Shown here: piece by piece, positions 1 to 13,450 of the stretch
Position numbering within the stretch: position 1 is the first letter of the stretch
Layout: the number at the start of each line of letters is the position of its first letter
Source of the DNA: Fimbriosthenelais zetlandica
Lineage: Eukaryota
Reading direction: 5' to 3'
DNA: 64,000 nucleotides
Assembly: GCA_977030845.1 (NCBI GenBank)
Contig: OZ365113.1
Coordinates: 15,686,001 to 15,750,000, forward strand
Notes under the pieces: generated by a model
Told to the model about the DNA's origin: nothing
Seen by the model: the letters and a program-made list of their open reading frames with translations, nothing else
Databases searched by the model: none
Made by a program: the position numbers and the translations under genes

Positions 1-2803
1 GGTAGGATGTATAGGATTACACACTGATATATTACTATTGTATATGCGAATGGCAATGGTGCGAATCTGTATCACATGATACCCTCAATGCCAAAAATTA
101 AACCATTTTGAACCATTTTCGAAAAAAACATTATAGCATAATGTGGGCCTATAATTTGGTTAAATCGTATAATTTAGGAATCGCAATGATGTCAAACAGG
201 CAAAAGGGTTCTTCAATGTGTGATCACCATTTTAGCCGATCCCTTTTGGTGAAGTGACAATGATGCAGCAAAATTGCAGAATTACTAGTTCAAAAATACT
301 TCCTCAATCTAAAAGAAAACACTCCAGACACGGTGGCTATTAATCACAATGAGCCAAATGACCCGTTGGAAAATCATGAATCATGAATTCTCAAAGGAAA
401 ATCATGAATTATGAATTTTCTCTTGTACGCAGAATTACAGTCATTCCCAAGTTCCCACATCATAATTATGCCATTGGCACAAATAGTTTTAGTATTCTAT
501 CTAATATCTGCATATTAATACCCGACCCCTGACAAGATGAAGAAAGGTGAAAGTTGAAAAATGGCATTTAATTTCTCTCCCTGACATGGTTCTGGGCCTT
601 TCCAGGCAGCTTTCGTGACCACTAAATTATATATTTTTTTCGGTTCCATTACATAATTTAGTGTAGAGAATAGCCATAGAATATCTTTCTTGGGACGACA
701 ATGACAGACATGTTTATCAAATGAATAGAACTAGAAGGCCGCACGTGGGTTTGACCTCAGCTCGGGTTGAGGGTTGACACACTGGTATACACAACTCATA
801 CCATGAACATCCATACAAGTGTATATAAGTGACCCAATTCCTCTCAAATTGACACAATAGAAAATGTTCAAATACAAATGGAACTTACCGACTTATACAC
901 GTCATCTATCGCTTTCATACCAGCCATTGTTATAGCTTTTAAATATGCAACGAGCCCAAAATGAAATGCAACAACAACTCTCTCCAGCAAGCGTCCACGC
1001 CTTCTCAGAGCAGTATAGATATAGGAGGAGATAGGAGCTCAGCAGCTAGTGCTAATATATGGCAGCCTAAATGTAAGTGCCCTCCTATTCAGTTTTCTGT
1101 TCGTGTATGAGCAAGCATATATGGACATGCAGGTCTTGAAGGTCTGGAGGATCCAAATGATTCTGACGAGAGGTCAGGGGAGCAGTGTGTCAGATGAATG
1201 GTGGATGGGTAGATGGACTCATCCACAACAAGACTGGCAGCTAGCCCAGGGAGTAGAGAGAAACCAGCTGGGGGACTCTAGCCTATAGCCATCCGACGCT
1301 AGATCAGCCTACCTGACCGAGTTCAGCTATACTCTGTGTCACTCTGTGTTTAGAGTTGGACTCTGAATTTAGAGTTTTCAGCATAGGATTGATCGCTTTA
1401 TCATCCTATTGGCACAGATTATAGTTCAGCTCCTCTATATAATGCTAGAACCACGATGTGATTGGCTCTCTCAATACACACCTCCAGATCCTATTGGTTC
1501 CCAGATCGACACACACCATATTCACCATATATACCGGTGAAAGTTGTCAATAGGACCTATAGCAGCTGATATGTCAAATGTGGTCAGTGTACATCTGGGT
1601 CCAACTTTCTTTACTCAGCCTCTTCAAGCTTTCAGAGTATTTTCAGCTGCGCTTTGGAACTGCAGCTTTTGATATGGCACTGGGATAAAGAAAGGTAAAA
1701 TTTACTGCGTAGTTTAGTTCTGGAGATCTTGTTTAGAACTAGGTCTTGTTGGTTCATGACCTGATAAAGCAATAGTATCCTACTAGACGTGCAGCAGGTC
1801 ATCTTAGATTTATTTTATTCGCTTTACTTGTCAGATAGTATATTTCGTTTTTATAATAGCTCAGTTGACACTCTGCATATAATACCCAAAGGAAATGTTT
1901 TTAAAAATCCACATGACCGTTTAAGCCCATTTAATTCCTTTCATTTTCCATGAATATGATTATACACATTGCATGCACATCACATGGTCTCTAGACATTG
2001 AGACGTGCATGTTGGGTCAAATCCGTACAGCAGTACGCCCGGATTCTAATTTCCGTCCATTGCTTTGAATGAAAGTTTGAAAAGCTATTACAAATAGTTG
2101 CATTACAGACGTGTATATGCCCACATATAATTGCCACGTATATATCAGTTCCATTGTTACTTATTCTGAAAACCACATTCAATGGATGATAGTGACTACA
2201 ATGTCGCTAGGTCGCAGCACCGAGACTGGGAGGCATATAAATATCTTAACAATATATAATCGTGAAACCTGTATTACTATAACTTATATGGATACCATTT
2301 ATATTATGATTGAGCCGGGTAAGAAATATGTACACAGCAGTTAAAATAAATTATGATTCTTTTGTAACCACTCTAGATATGGTGTACATACATGGAGGCC
2401 GATAACCTGTACTCACTGGGAGATAAGGTGGGGGTAGTGGGGGAGAGGTGGTTCACTTACAACATAAAATTTACGAGATTCAATTAAACAGGATAATACA
2501 GTTTAATTAAAACCAGTTTTTTGTACCGTATACTGATATTGACCTCATTAAAAAAATACCTTTCACCATAAAAGAACCCTATTGATAATATACTTACATT
2601 TTAATTACGGTACCGGTAATATAATTATTGTAAAATTGACCATTGAATCAAGTATATCAGTTTACCCTTATATCTCATATATATGCATGTGCATAATAAG
2701 AGCACAATTATATAAGAAGATACAATTATCCAGAAGATATAATAGACCTGCGATCTATACTACCTGAATATGAAATCAAGATTTGAAGTGTGTTGGGCAA
2801 GGC

Positions 2804-2823
2804 GGGGGGGGGGGGGGGGGGGG
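2804..2823 (+). repeat. poly-G tract (20 nt)
   Basis: Uninterrupted G run, followed by further short G runs (tcggggatgggg). Confidence 0.95.
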
Positions 2824-3744
2824 TCGGGGATGGGGCGCTGTTAACCGGCATAAGGGGCATAGTCGTACATGTATTCATTTAAATAATTGAAGCAAAACTT
2901 GCTTGTGGAGTTAACACATGTTGGAACTGGCTCATGTAGATGGAAAGGTGCCATGAGGCCAAACAAAATATTCCCGGTACATTTGTTTCGGGACACCGTA
3001 AAGAATATGCAGACCGACCCAAATTTTTGTTATTCATGTGACCCGATGATTTATTTGTCCCTGCAAATATGGGTCGGCTTTCTTATAAGAAATAATACCG
3101 GTACCGACGTCGGTCCTTTCATATGCAACTGTATGACCGTCGGTCAGGTGACTCGAAATAAATGTAATATTTTGTTTGGCCTAATTAATAAATGAGAAGG
3201 CTATCTTCCTACTCATCAGAGCACGACCGGTCCTGATCCTAGATTGAGAATATCATGGCAAAACTAGGATCGTGGCCAATAACTATGAATGAAAATGGCT
3301 TAGTTAGAATGTATAATATGAGTAAAACAGAGTAAAAGAACCATCCATCACGTCTAGGCTAATGCACTGGAGGTGTCACTGGTCATAATAGTCACCAAAT
3401 TTCAAGGTAGGCCTACACTTGTAGGCAAATACTTGTATTGTCTTGTAGGCTGGTAAATGATAACCTGATTAACCAGCCATTAGATGGATAATCTGTTTAC
3501 TGTAGGCCTGTCTAAAAGTTAAAACATGTTGGCTTTGTATTCTGTATGGAACCATTGGCCCCTATGTGGACCTATATTGTAGGCCTATGCCAAATCAATT
3601 GAATAGTTCTGAATACCCGATAGTGATTTATGTTACCAGTACCGGTAAGGTACTGTCCCGTACATGTTATTATAACCGTAAATTACCACCTAGCCTAGGC
3701 CTAGGTTCAGGCCTAGAGTTAAGCTAGTTTCCAATGGTGGATTC

Positions 3745-3746
3745 TT

Positions 3747-3777
<31 letters not shown>

Positions 3778-3782
3778 GGGGG
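3745..3782 (+). repeat. T12 followed by G26 homopolymer
   Basis: Read directly from the sequence. Confidence 0.95.
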
Positions 3783-5760
3783 TGTCACCAGCCAGCCTTT
3801 GGTCACAAGGACCGCGCCCATCAGGAAATCCTAAATCCACCTCCCCTCTTGGATTTACCCAACGAGCATTCTATACTCATTTATTCACCAGACTAGAGCA
3901 CGTTTTAAAACCTACATGTATACAAGAGAAGACTGAAGTCAGTCGCTTCCACATACACCTCCACACGTAACACTTTGTTCTACCAGAGACCTTGTAATAT
4001 AAGGTCTCTGGTTGTACTAAGCCTACAATAATACCTGCCTCTTCCCCTTGACATTGAGCCAATGAGTGCAAAGCTTCAATCAAAATTGTCTGTCAAAATG
4101 GTTACCCACCAGCAAAATCATCATTGATAAAATAAGTATAGTGAGCACATGGTGAGGGTGTACGACCTAGATTATTATAGGTGAGCAGTAGGAGTAATTT
4201 TAGAATGCTTATTTTAGTACCGTGATCCACCTTAAGCCTCCACCGGGCCCCCTCCTCCTCATCCCCGGCTAGTGCGTCATTACTCCATGGCATCAACCAG
4301 CTGCAGAGGGGCCATCTCCCCCCAATATCGGAAGCTTTCATTCAAAGGCAACTCGACCACCCATCACTTGATTATATCAAAATCACTCACCCGTGTCGTG
4401 GAAAACCGACGAACGAAGGTAAATGCCCGGAACATATCGTTGGCTTTGTCCGTTTGACAGAGAAAAGCAGCACGCCTGGCTGCCGAACACGTGGCCGCAC
4501 AACTCACTTCAATATCCTACTTCCTCTCCGCGTATTCCTCCGCGCTTACCAAGACGATTCACATTAAAACATCAAAATCCGACTATTTATCACCATAAAT
4601 CATGTTCATAACTTAATTACAGTAATTAAAAAACGCACAAAAGTTTTTTTAATACATGAAAGCAAGGTCAGAGTGAAAAATTGGCTAATGATGATGGGAA
4701 CTATATTTTCTGTTTTGGAGGAGTGTCTGGAAGCACGTGGATTTGTTTACATTTTTGTTCCGTTATCTTGATAACCCATCCTCTGTAAATATACGGTTGT
4801 GACGATCACCCGTCACTGTCCTTATACAAGGATAAGTAGACTTTATCGCTGATTACTTTAGTCAGTTAGCGGTACATCCGTGTTTCCTGGAGTGTCAAAT
4901 CATAGTTTACAAAATAAAAAATTCAACATTAGGCCTAAGCCTACCGTATTACTAATTAGGCCTAGTAGTAGGCCTATTAATGGAGGCACATGTTCGAACT
5001 TGTTTTGTTCATATTTGTCGAATATGGTTTAATCATTTATTAATGTGCACTTCCCGCTCTACTAAATATATACCAATATATTATTATGTAGGCCTAGGCC
5101 ATATAACCTCAATTTCATGGCCTACACGGTAGACCTAAGGGAAAACCAAAGCCTAGGTCTACATGTAAGCCTATAATTATTATAGGCAGGCATATCATCC
5201 TAAGTAATAATGAAATATTTAATAGCAGCCGTATATGCATGCTTTATTACCTTCAGTTATAAATGTAAATATTGGCATATGACTTAAATTTAAGTGCACA
5301 TTGATAAGAATTCCCGGGACCTATCTACCACGTATCTACCACTAACCAGGGAATTGATAACATACCGGTATTGATAATATATCTGAAGTGACGTTTTGAG
5401 AGATATGAGTGGATGTGAAAGTAGAAGGTGTAAATATGGTACGAAATGTATTTTGCCTTAGAATTTAAATATTATCTAATATAAAAGAAGTTGGTAGGTT
5501 GGGCCAGAGATGTAGTACAGGTCCTATAAATTACTGATAATACGGAACTGAATGAGAATCGCTTAAAATGTTACGTATATGAAGGTTCTTTTCCTTTCAC
5601 AGTTAAGATAATTATGCAGATATAACTATTAAGTCCCAATTCACTGGATAATTTATCTTTATTTGTTAGGATTGGTTGGGTACCCGAGATAAGTGTTCAT
5701 TCCCAGATCGTGTCGGGTTGTACTGGTTACAACTGGATGTTCCAGCGTGAAATCAATCCA

Positions 5761-5787
5761 TGACCTTTCCTGACCTTCGGTTGACCT
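5761..5787 (-). promoter_or_regulatory. Three perfect nuclear-receptor half-sites (AGGTCA) in direct repeat, with 5- and 4-nt spacers
   Basis: TGACCT at 5761-5766, 5771-5776 and 5782-5787 on the + strand. Motif match only. Confidence 0.4.
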
Positions 5788-6409
5788 GCGTTTACATATA
5801 TTCCACTTAAAACGTAGATAAGAAAACTAATGATTCGTCTGTGATGATATATCATGAGACTTAATAAAAGTCCGGTAGTTTAAGACGATACACTACTCAC
5901 AGCAGGCTATATAGTTGCCGATTCTATAATTACATTTTCGATTTTCATGTCACAAACTATTTTAAGCCCGATTTTAAAATGCGAATTATAGAAGAGAACG
6001 ACTTTGAAGAGAAAGATTTTCAATTAAGAGAAATTGCTTATATAACTCTTTATTTTATTATTTTCACAGATAGCACTATCCGAATAAAAAGTTTCGACTA
6101 TCACAGCACAATGTTTGGATATTTTAAATGTTTTTTACGATAGCTTGACTGATATAGACGAAGGACAATGTTCCGAAATAAAAGGCATACAAAATATCCA
6201 CCTTTTTAAAATTTGACCAAACTGAAGTCCTTGTGAATACTTGGAGCGAAAAAATATTCTCAACTACAATTATACACAATCATATATAACACAACATAAA
6301 TTTGTGTTTATCATATCATATTAAAAGAATACTAATTTATCAAAATACTTGATTGAATTCTCCTGAAAGAAATAGCCCTATGTTAAAATGTACTTTAATT
6401 AAGTACAAA

Positions 6410-9400
6410 CTATATTTCAATAGGTTTGGGTATTGGTTTACGAATGTGTCGCATTGTAGAACCAGGTTCATTGGGTTTGAAGGGAGCATGAGAACCATAA
6501 GGCCTTGGGATGGGTAACTCGGTCTCATCATCAGGGATGTAAGCATTAGGCCGGGGATCTGCTGTGGTTGTCACTCCGCCAGGCAATTGATATTGTTCCT
6601 CTTCTTCTGCCGCCTGAAAAAATGTAGGAGGTTAAAACAAGTCTCTATATATATACCGGTATGTCTTTCATCACAAGAAATTAAAGTTGTGTTATTAAAT
6701 TAATGGGTCTTGAACTTCTCCCCTTAATAAATCAAAATTCTCTATTTGCTATTAAAACACTGATGACAGCGGAATTCTCAAGGATCTAAAAAAAAATCCG
6801 CTTTCTCGCTTTCATTCAATTTAATTTTTTAATTAAGTTTATTTATATATTTGTTTTAATTATTTACATACCATTCTGACTGCTTCTCTTTCCTGGGAAC
6901 GTCTGTGGTCGTCTCTAATCTTTCTCAGCCACTCTCTCTCCATATTCTCTGAGGGTGGCTCGCCCTTCTCCATTCTCAAGTAAGCGTGTTCTAAATCTGC
7001 CTCACGCTCCTTTACCTCCTGCTGCAACCTGAGGGCCTGGGTGGAGTAACGAAATAGATCTTAAGTTAAAGCTTCAATCGATCAAAGACTTACAATGCAA
7101 TCTTTGGTACAAATACCTTGCACATATTTGTAATTTATTTCAAGAAATAGTTGTAATTTACCTGTGCCTGGTGCATGGAAAGTTCAGAGACCATCGCCAT
7201 CATTTTGCGTGTGACTTCTTTAATCTTTGCCTGCTGATCATTGACCTGGAAGATTCAAATAGATTTTTGAGTAAATACTGGTACATCGTAATCCATTGAA
7301 ATCTATCGTAATCCATTGAATGCATGTAACCAAAAATCTTTGAAAGGCATCAGATTATTAACATGTCACAGAGAAAAGTGGACAATTTACCTTCTTGGCC
7401 AGGTTCAGCGTATCATTTTTGCCTGCGTTCACTTTACGATTGACACGTTCTACCACTCGGCAGTCCTGCTCGAATATCAGATCCTTTTCCAAGAGCTGTT
7501 CTTCTTTTTCCGCCAGGCGAATCTCAAGCTAAAAACAAAATATTAGAGACATGATATTCTCTCAGAAAAAAAACTCCTATAAGGTACTCAATTTGGTCGA
7601 TGCTAATTCAATGGGAGAAAATGTCATTTATAGAATATTAACTATTTTCTGGTCACTCCATTAGTATCCCTGTGAGAAATTTATCCAGAGTAATATTAAG
7701 AGTAGATAACTTACTTCTTCTAGTTTGTATTGTGCCTCAGCCGGAGTAAGATCCTTGCCCTCCAGGTAGCGCACTCTCTCCTGATCATGAGGATTCTGGA
7801 TCATCTTCTCTAACTCCATCATACGGTCCTGACACTGGGCAAGCTGGCAACGACCAAACACATGAGGTTAAAAATGTTGATGTCATTTCATCTGAATTAA
7901 TTTAAATGAATTTCATCTTAGTAGAAAATAATAAACTAAAGATTGAAACAGTACTAAATTAGTAAATTGACTAGTATTATAAATGATTCAAAATGGAGTA
8001 AAAATTCAAATAGTGACAATAATAAGTAAGTGCATTAATAATTCTAGTTACCTGTATTTGTACGGTGACCAGTTCCTGCTCCATGTTGTGTTTATTGGGT
8101 AGTGTTTTCTTGAGCAGCTCCACAGCTCGCGTCTCCTCGGCCAGCTGCATCTTAAGGAAGCGAATCTCCTCCTCACGAGCCTGGAGCTCCACGTCACCGT
8201 TACGGATCATCTGCTCCTGGATGTTCACCTTCTCATAGAAGATACACACCTCCTCATCACGCTCAATCAGCTGTATACCCCTGTAAATCAAGAGTGGAAG
8301 GATTTAATAAGAGTTTAATAACTGTATAAAGTTTTTTTTCCAAAGACCGAATAAGTGTAATACACTATGAAATTTTCTTTTAATTCCCTTGACCGAACAA
8401 GTTTAATTTGTAGTTTCTAAGAAAAATCCTGAAATTTCTAGGGCGATAATTATGAAGTAATCCAGACTTACCTGTAGTTTCGGTTCTGGACTGCCTTCTC
8501 ATAACGCTTGCGTTGATCAACCATGACATCCTCACTCTGGTTGATGAGCATGTTAAGTTTAGAGATGTCCATCCTCTGTTGTTCCTTCTTGTTGCCCATG
8601 TCTTGCTCTATACGGTGTTGTTTAGCCACCTCGTTCCTCAGACTGTCCCTCATTGTGATGGCGTTCACATGTTTTAATCTCTGCTTCTGAAGCTGGCGGT
8701 CTTTTTGTGCCACTGCTGTTCGCAAGATTTCTATTTCGTTTTGTAAAATCTTGATCTTTTCTCGCATCTCTGCGGCTTTCTGTGTGCTTGTTTGAATCAA
8801 GTTTACACACTTGTTCCTCTCGTTTTTAATGACATCATAAAGTTTGGCAAACTCTTTTAATCTGAAAGTATTAAAATATGATTATTAAAATAAGAGTATT
8901 TATATGAAAATAAAACCACAATATTACCACAGATTGTTCATAGATGCGTATGCATTATATGCATAACCGCTGGGCAAACTCTGCCAATGAAACATACAAC
9001 TTACTTTAGCTTCATTTCTTGGTACTTCTTTTGCTTGTCCTGAATTTCTAATTCTTTGGTCTTTAAGTCCTGAACGGCTCGGTGGAATCTCATTTCTGCT
9101 CGCATGAAGTCTCTGGCTTTCTGTTCTCTTTCGTCGTTCTGTAATTATAATAAAATTACTATATCATTTTATTTCAGTCTTAATTTAATTCGCTCTTTTA
9201 ATATAAATCTCCTAAAAGTCCTAGCTTATAATAATGTCCAGAAAAGTCGCTCTTGGTCTGGTGACTCATAGTAAAACGCTCCTTTTTAAACACCAGGCGC
9301 CAGCACTAAACAATAGTCAGAACATGAAACCACAGTGAGTTATCACAATGGTAAAGTAAAATAAAATAGGCCAGTTTAGAATTGACTGAAACATACCTTG

Positions 9401-12070
9401 ATTGCTGCGAGCCTTGTTAGCTCAACCACTTCAATACGGAGATCACTTTGTTCATACAGTAACCGCTCTTCCTCAGCGATACTTTGTTCCACTTTTACTG
9501 TCTCTGTTGCAGTGATGGAATTCTGAATAAGAATTTAAGTCATTTTTTAAACAATTAATTATTTTTAAGAATTTCACGAACATATAATATCTATTGCATC
9601 TTTTCTTCCTGTGCTTATTTATATTTTTATCCATTTTCTTACTTACTTCAGGAGCAGTATTATTATTACTTGCCTGCATTCCTAGTTGCCTCTTGTTGGA
9701 CTCGACTTCCCTTTGAAGTTCTTGGCGTTTATTCAGTAATGACCCGTCATCTTTGGGCTGCATGTCAACCTGTGATAATGTAATTTAGAACCTCGAAATT
9801 AGCAAAAATCTGTCTGGAAAATTTTACATTCAAGTATACGTAATTATATTATTACAATTCAATTTAGCAAAATATAGCCCCATAGGAGTCGTATCATATA
9901 CCTGGACATAAATTAATATAATCACACATACCGATCCTTTAACTTTTTCATAGAGTTGCTGGGTATGAGCCAGACTGTCCTCGGCCACCTTCAGTTGTAG
10001 TTCTGCTTTCTTCCAGTTTCTCAGTTCTCTATCTTTATCTCTCAGCTTTCGTGTATGTGAATCATGAGTTGTCTTTTTCTCCAGATTGATATGACGAAGG
10101 TTGAGGTCCAGTGTGGCCCTATAAAAGAAAAGGAATACATTTTTGAAATGGTTTCTGAATCGTTTCATATTATGCCCTCTACTTCAAATATAAATCCATT
10201 TGATTTCACATGAAGCCGATATGCATAAACTATCATAACCGTATCTCTCTTATAAGAAAGAACTATAATGTTCTATTTTACTCTTCTTATTAAATATTAC
10301 CTGTCACCCATGAGGACTGCCTCTCTTTCTTTGGCAAACTCATGGTCCTTGACCAGGCCCTGGAATTCACGCTGGGCTTCCTGGTATTTGGCAGACATTC
10401 TGTCCATCTCAGTATCCAGCTCAAACTTTTCTTCCTCCAAGGTTGACTGTCGCGACTATAGAGAAATGGAAAACATCAATGCTTAATTTGTGACTCAATC
10501 TCCTTAATATATTCACAAAGTATTGTATTCCTACAATTGATATAATCATGTCATCTCGATCTTAAAAGTTAAATGACAAGCGTCCAGAGGAGGGGCTTAC
10601 CTGTAACTGTTGAAGAGTTTCAACCAAGCTGTTGTATTCTTTTTTTAATTCTTTATGTTTCTTTTCAGTGTCGTTCTTATGACGCTGCACCCGGTCAGCT
10701 TCTTTGGCTATTTGTCCAGGTTGGGTATTTACAGCCACTAGGTCACTTTTCAGACGTTCCATTTCCTCATGCGTCTTCTCGTACTCTTTAGACTCTTTAA
10801 CTATTAGTCGGAGTTTCTTCTCACTTTCTTCCTTCAGCGTCTTGGCCTCAGCTTTCCTCTGGTTGATTTCTTTCTTCATGTCAGCGCAGACGGTCTTCAG
10901 CTCTTCCAGCCTCTTTTCCATTTCCTGCAATAAGAAATTGAATAACTTACTAACTTTCCAAAAGGGATCAGAGAAATTATATTGTATATTAAAAATCTGC
11001 AACTTTATGCTACATTCATATTTTAAATTCCCAACTCACCCCTTCTTTTGGCATACGGGAGTACTCTCTTTCCACCATTTTCTTTTCTTCTGTGAGACTG
11101 ACAAATTAAACAGTAATGGCTATTGTCACTATAAAAACTAAAGTCAAGTAAACATAAACCAATCATAAAGTATTATCTGGCCTATGGGGAACCTGTCCCG
11201 GCCAGAACGTATGTAACATATATAAAATAATCTAAATTGTAAAGAAAATAGATGATAATACATGAACATAAACGAATAAAATGGAAATAGATGCTAATTT
11301 ATCTATCAATGAACATTTACTCAATCAAAAAGAAATAATGACTAATTACCTTTCTATTTTATAATCTAGTTGGTATTGTCTCTCTTCAGCTTGTGAGAGA
11401 TCATTGTTTTGTTTGAGGAGTTGCATTCTGAGCTTGGAAACCTCAGAGTTAGAATTTTCAGGAAAATCATCAGCCTTCTCCAGCTCTGTTTTGAGGGATT
11501 CTAATTCAGTCTGGAAATCTTTAGCCTGATGTAGAAGCTTGCTTTCGTTATCTCTGGTGCTGCAAAATGTATTGAGAGCATAATAAAATCTTGTAGTACA
11601 GTCAGTAGGCTATTCAGTGCAAGTAGGGGACATTAAACTTCACGTGTGATAAGGTTAATATGAAACATTTTAGGAGGCAAGCTTACCTTTTTAGCATTTC
11701 ATGAAGCTCTGTGTATTTGGCTTTTAACATGGCAACTTTAGTTCCAGTTAGTTTGCCGTCTTGGAAAAGCTGAAAGCCCAATAAGAATTTCTGATATGAA
11801 GAATATTATTCAGGTATTATCACATTTTCAAACAGATTCCAAAACTTTTAATATTGCCATTGGAAGTAACAGAAAAATAACTTAATGACTTTAGAAACGT
11901 ACATCGTCGAGACATTGGAAGGCAGGGCTAGCTGACACCTCCATTTGACTCTCCTCCTGCATGATGACCCGCGGGGGGACGGCAGATATAGGTGGTGTAT
12001 ATTCAGGTCCATCCTCTCCGGTCTCAGCCTCCTCCACAGGAGGTGGAGGGATCTCTTCTGTGTCACTCAT
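6410..12070 (-). CDS. CCDC146: Coiled-coil domain-containing protein 146 (motile cilia/flagella, MBO2-like), 959 aa
   Basis: 17 phase-consistent exons: 11903-12070, 11687-11769, 11350-11559, 11040-11097, 10601-10924, 10301-10455, 9932-10118, 9674-9769, 9397-9522, 9005-9138, 8472-8861, 8052-8280, 7715-7843, 7391-7528, 7162-7245, 6872-7036, 6410-6613 (2880 nt including TAG). Translation matches recalled CCDC146 motifs ([36 protein letters not shown]-terminal [31 protein letters not shown]). Confidence 0.95.
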
Positions 12071-12283
12071 ACTTGACTTGGTTATATCCCTCCTCGACCT
12101 TTAAAATAATAAACATAATCACAATAATTTACGTGAGACAGTCCGAAAAGGGCGCCTGGGTCAATATTAATAAACATAATCACATATGACATAATCACAT
12201 GACAAAATCAAACTTTAATCACCACTAAAGTCTTAAAATACTCTTAAATATTTGTAGAGTAGTGGCAATGGTACTGGTGCAGC

Positions 12284-12900
12284 GGCGCCCTCGCCACATG
12301 TACGGCGAAAATGGGAACTAACACTCAATGGTAAGTTAATGAGGCGTCGATCGGAATTTTCAACCGACGTTTGTATATCAAAGAAGGCTCCTAAATGGGC
12401 CAAAATTGAAATCAGTCGGTAGATTTACATTGAGAGTTTATCGCGTCCAAGAGAACAAAGCTAAGTTGACTGTAAGCCTATTATGGCGAGATAATGGAAG
12501 CAGTGAGCGATATTAAGGGTTTTGGCCTCTATTTGTTGCTGCCACCTTGTGCGAGTGAACTGAGGTCTGCAGCGCCTTTAATTCAACGAGAAACCTCCAG
12601 GTGGCAGTACCATCTCTAGTCGCCGCCATCGACAAGCCATGAGTTGAGCTGAGTGCCCAAGCCGTCGCTAGGAATTTTCAGACGGCGTTTGTCGATCTAG
12701 GAAAGCACTTCAATCAGCCAAAATTGAGATCTGTCGGTAGATTTACATGAAGAATCTATTGCATCCAAAAGAACAGAGCTACACTGCATGTAAACGGCGA
12801 GAGTGTTTTGTTGTGAGCGATAATAGGGGCTTTGGCAGATGGGTCGGAACTAAGTTGGCCGTCCGGTGGCGCCCTCGCCACCTATATGGCAAACGAAGCA
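12284..12900. repeat. Degenerate tandem repeat, about 318-bp period (about 2 units), in CCDC146 intron 1
   Basis: gtcggtagatttacat at 12415 and 12733; ccaaaattga at 12400 and 12718; ggcgccctcgccac near 12285 and 12867. Confidence 0.75.
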
Positions 12901-13025
12901 ACTAAGTAAGGCATAGACAGTCAAGTACGGGTCTATCTCGTTGGGTAGACCATAGTCTGATAGAGGTGTACCTCAATCATTGAATAGGTAGACAGAGCAT
13001 CCGTCCCTCCCCCGTTTTGACTTGT

Positions 13026-13450
13026 TTGAACTGTAATTTATTTATTTCTGCCGTGAGGCTTGGATGTCAGGCTAAGGCTATAGTAATACTAGAACTCTAG
13101 TTCTATGCTCAAACTCCTTGTCTTATTCTAGTAATCTAGATACACTTTTAATGTATTCAATCACATTTTGAGTTTACTTATTTGAACTGTAATTTATATC
13201 AGAAATGAATGTGCTGATAGCGCTCCGTACTACGACGAAAACACTCAATATCTCCAGTGCAACGGGGGCAAATTTCAGGCATCATTTATAAAGTATTTAG
13301 CCATCTTTTGGTCCCAAACTCTATGTATGATTCTAGATACACTTGTAATCTATTCACATGTTGGGTTTTGACTTAATTGAACCGCAATCTTTTTCAGAAA
13401 TGGCTCCTGAGTGTGCTGATAATGATATCGCCCCATGCTACGACGCCACT
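13026..13450. repeat. Degenerate tandem repeat, about 196-bp period, in CCDC146 intron 1
   Basis: tctagatacactt at 13135 and 13332; tcagaaatg at about 13199 and 13394; ttgaactgtaattta at 13026 and 13182. Confidence 0.65.

Larger units (their letters stand above)
1991..4391 (-). other. Candidate small spliced gene of unknown product (possibly secreted or membrane-anchored); model uncertain
   Basis: CpG/E-box-rich upstream region at about 4440-4560. Strong donor GG|gtgagt at 4391, acceptor ctgcag| at 4300, donor GG|gtaacc at 4106. One splice path gives MRRRGPGGGLRWITVVHPHHVLTILILSMMILLVGLVQPETLYYK.., but it needs a 54-nt intron (4167-4220). A Cys-rich open segment (ISNNGTDIYVAIICGHIHVCNATIC..) follows an acceptor ttttcag| at 2165. 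No recognisable homology; more than one frame is open. Confidence 0.25.

Noticed and set aside
1049-1288. 79-aa ORF in a moderately GC-rich patch
   Set aside because: No recognisable domain or splice context; non-ATG start.
3001-3135. Short imperfect inverted repeats (ccgaccca..gggtcgg)
   Set aside because: Arms too short and no TSD; cannot call a MITE.
10573-11141. Plus-strand ORFs of 72 and 145 aa
   Set aside because: Antisense shadows of CCDC146 exons.
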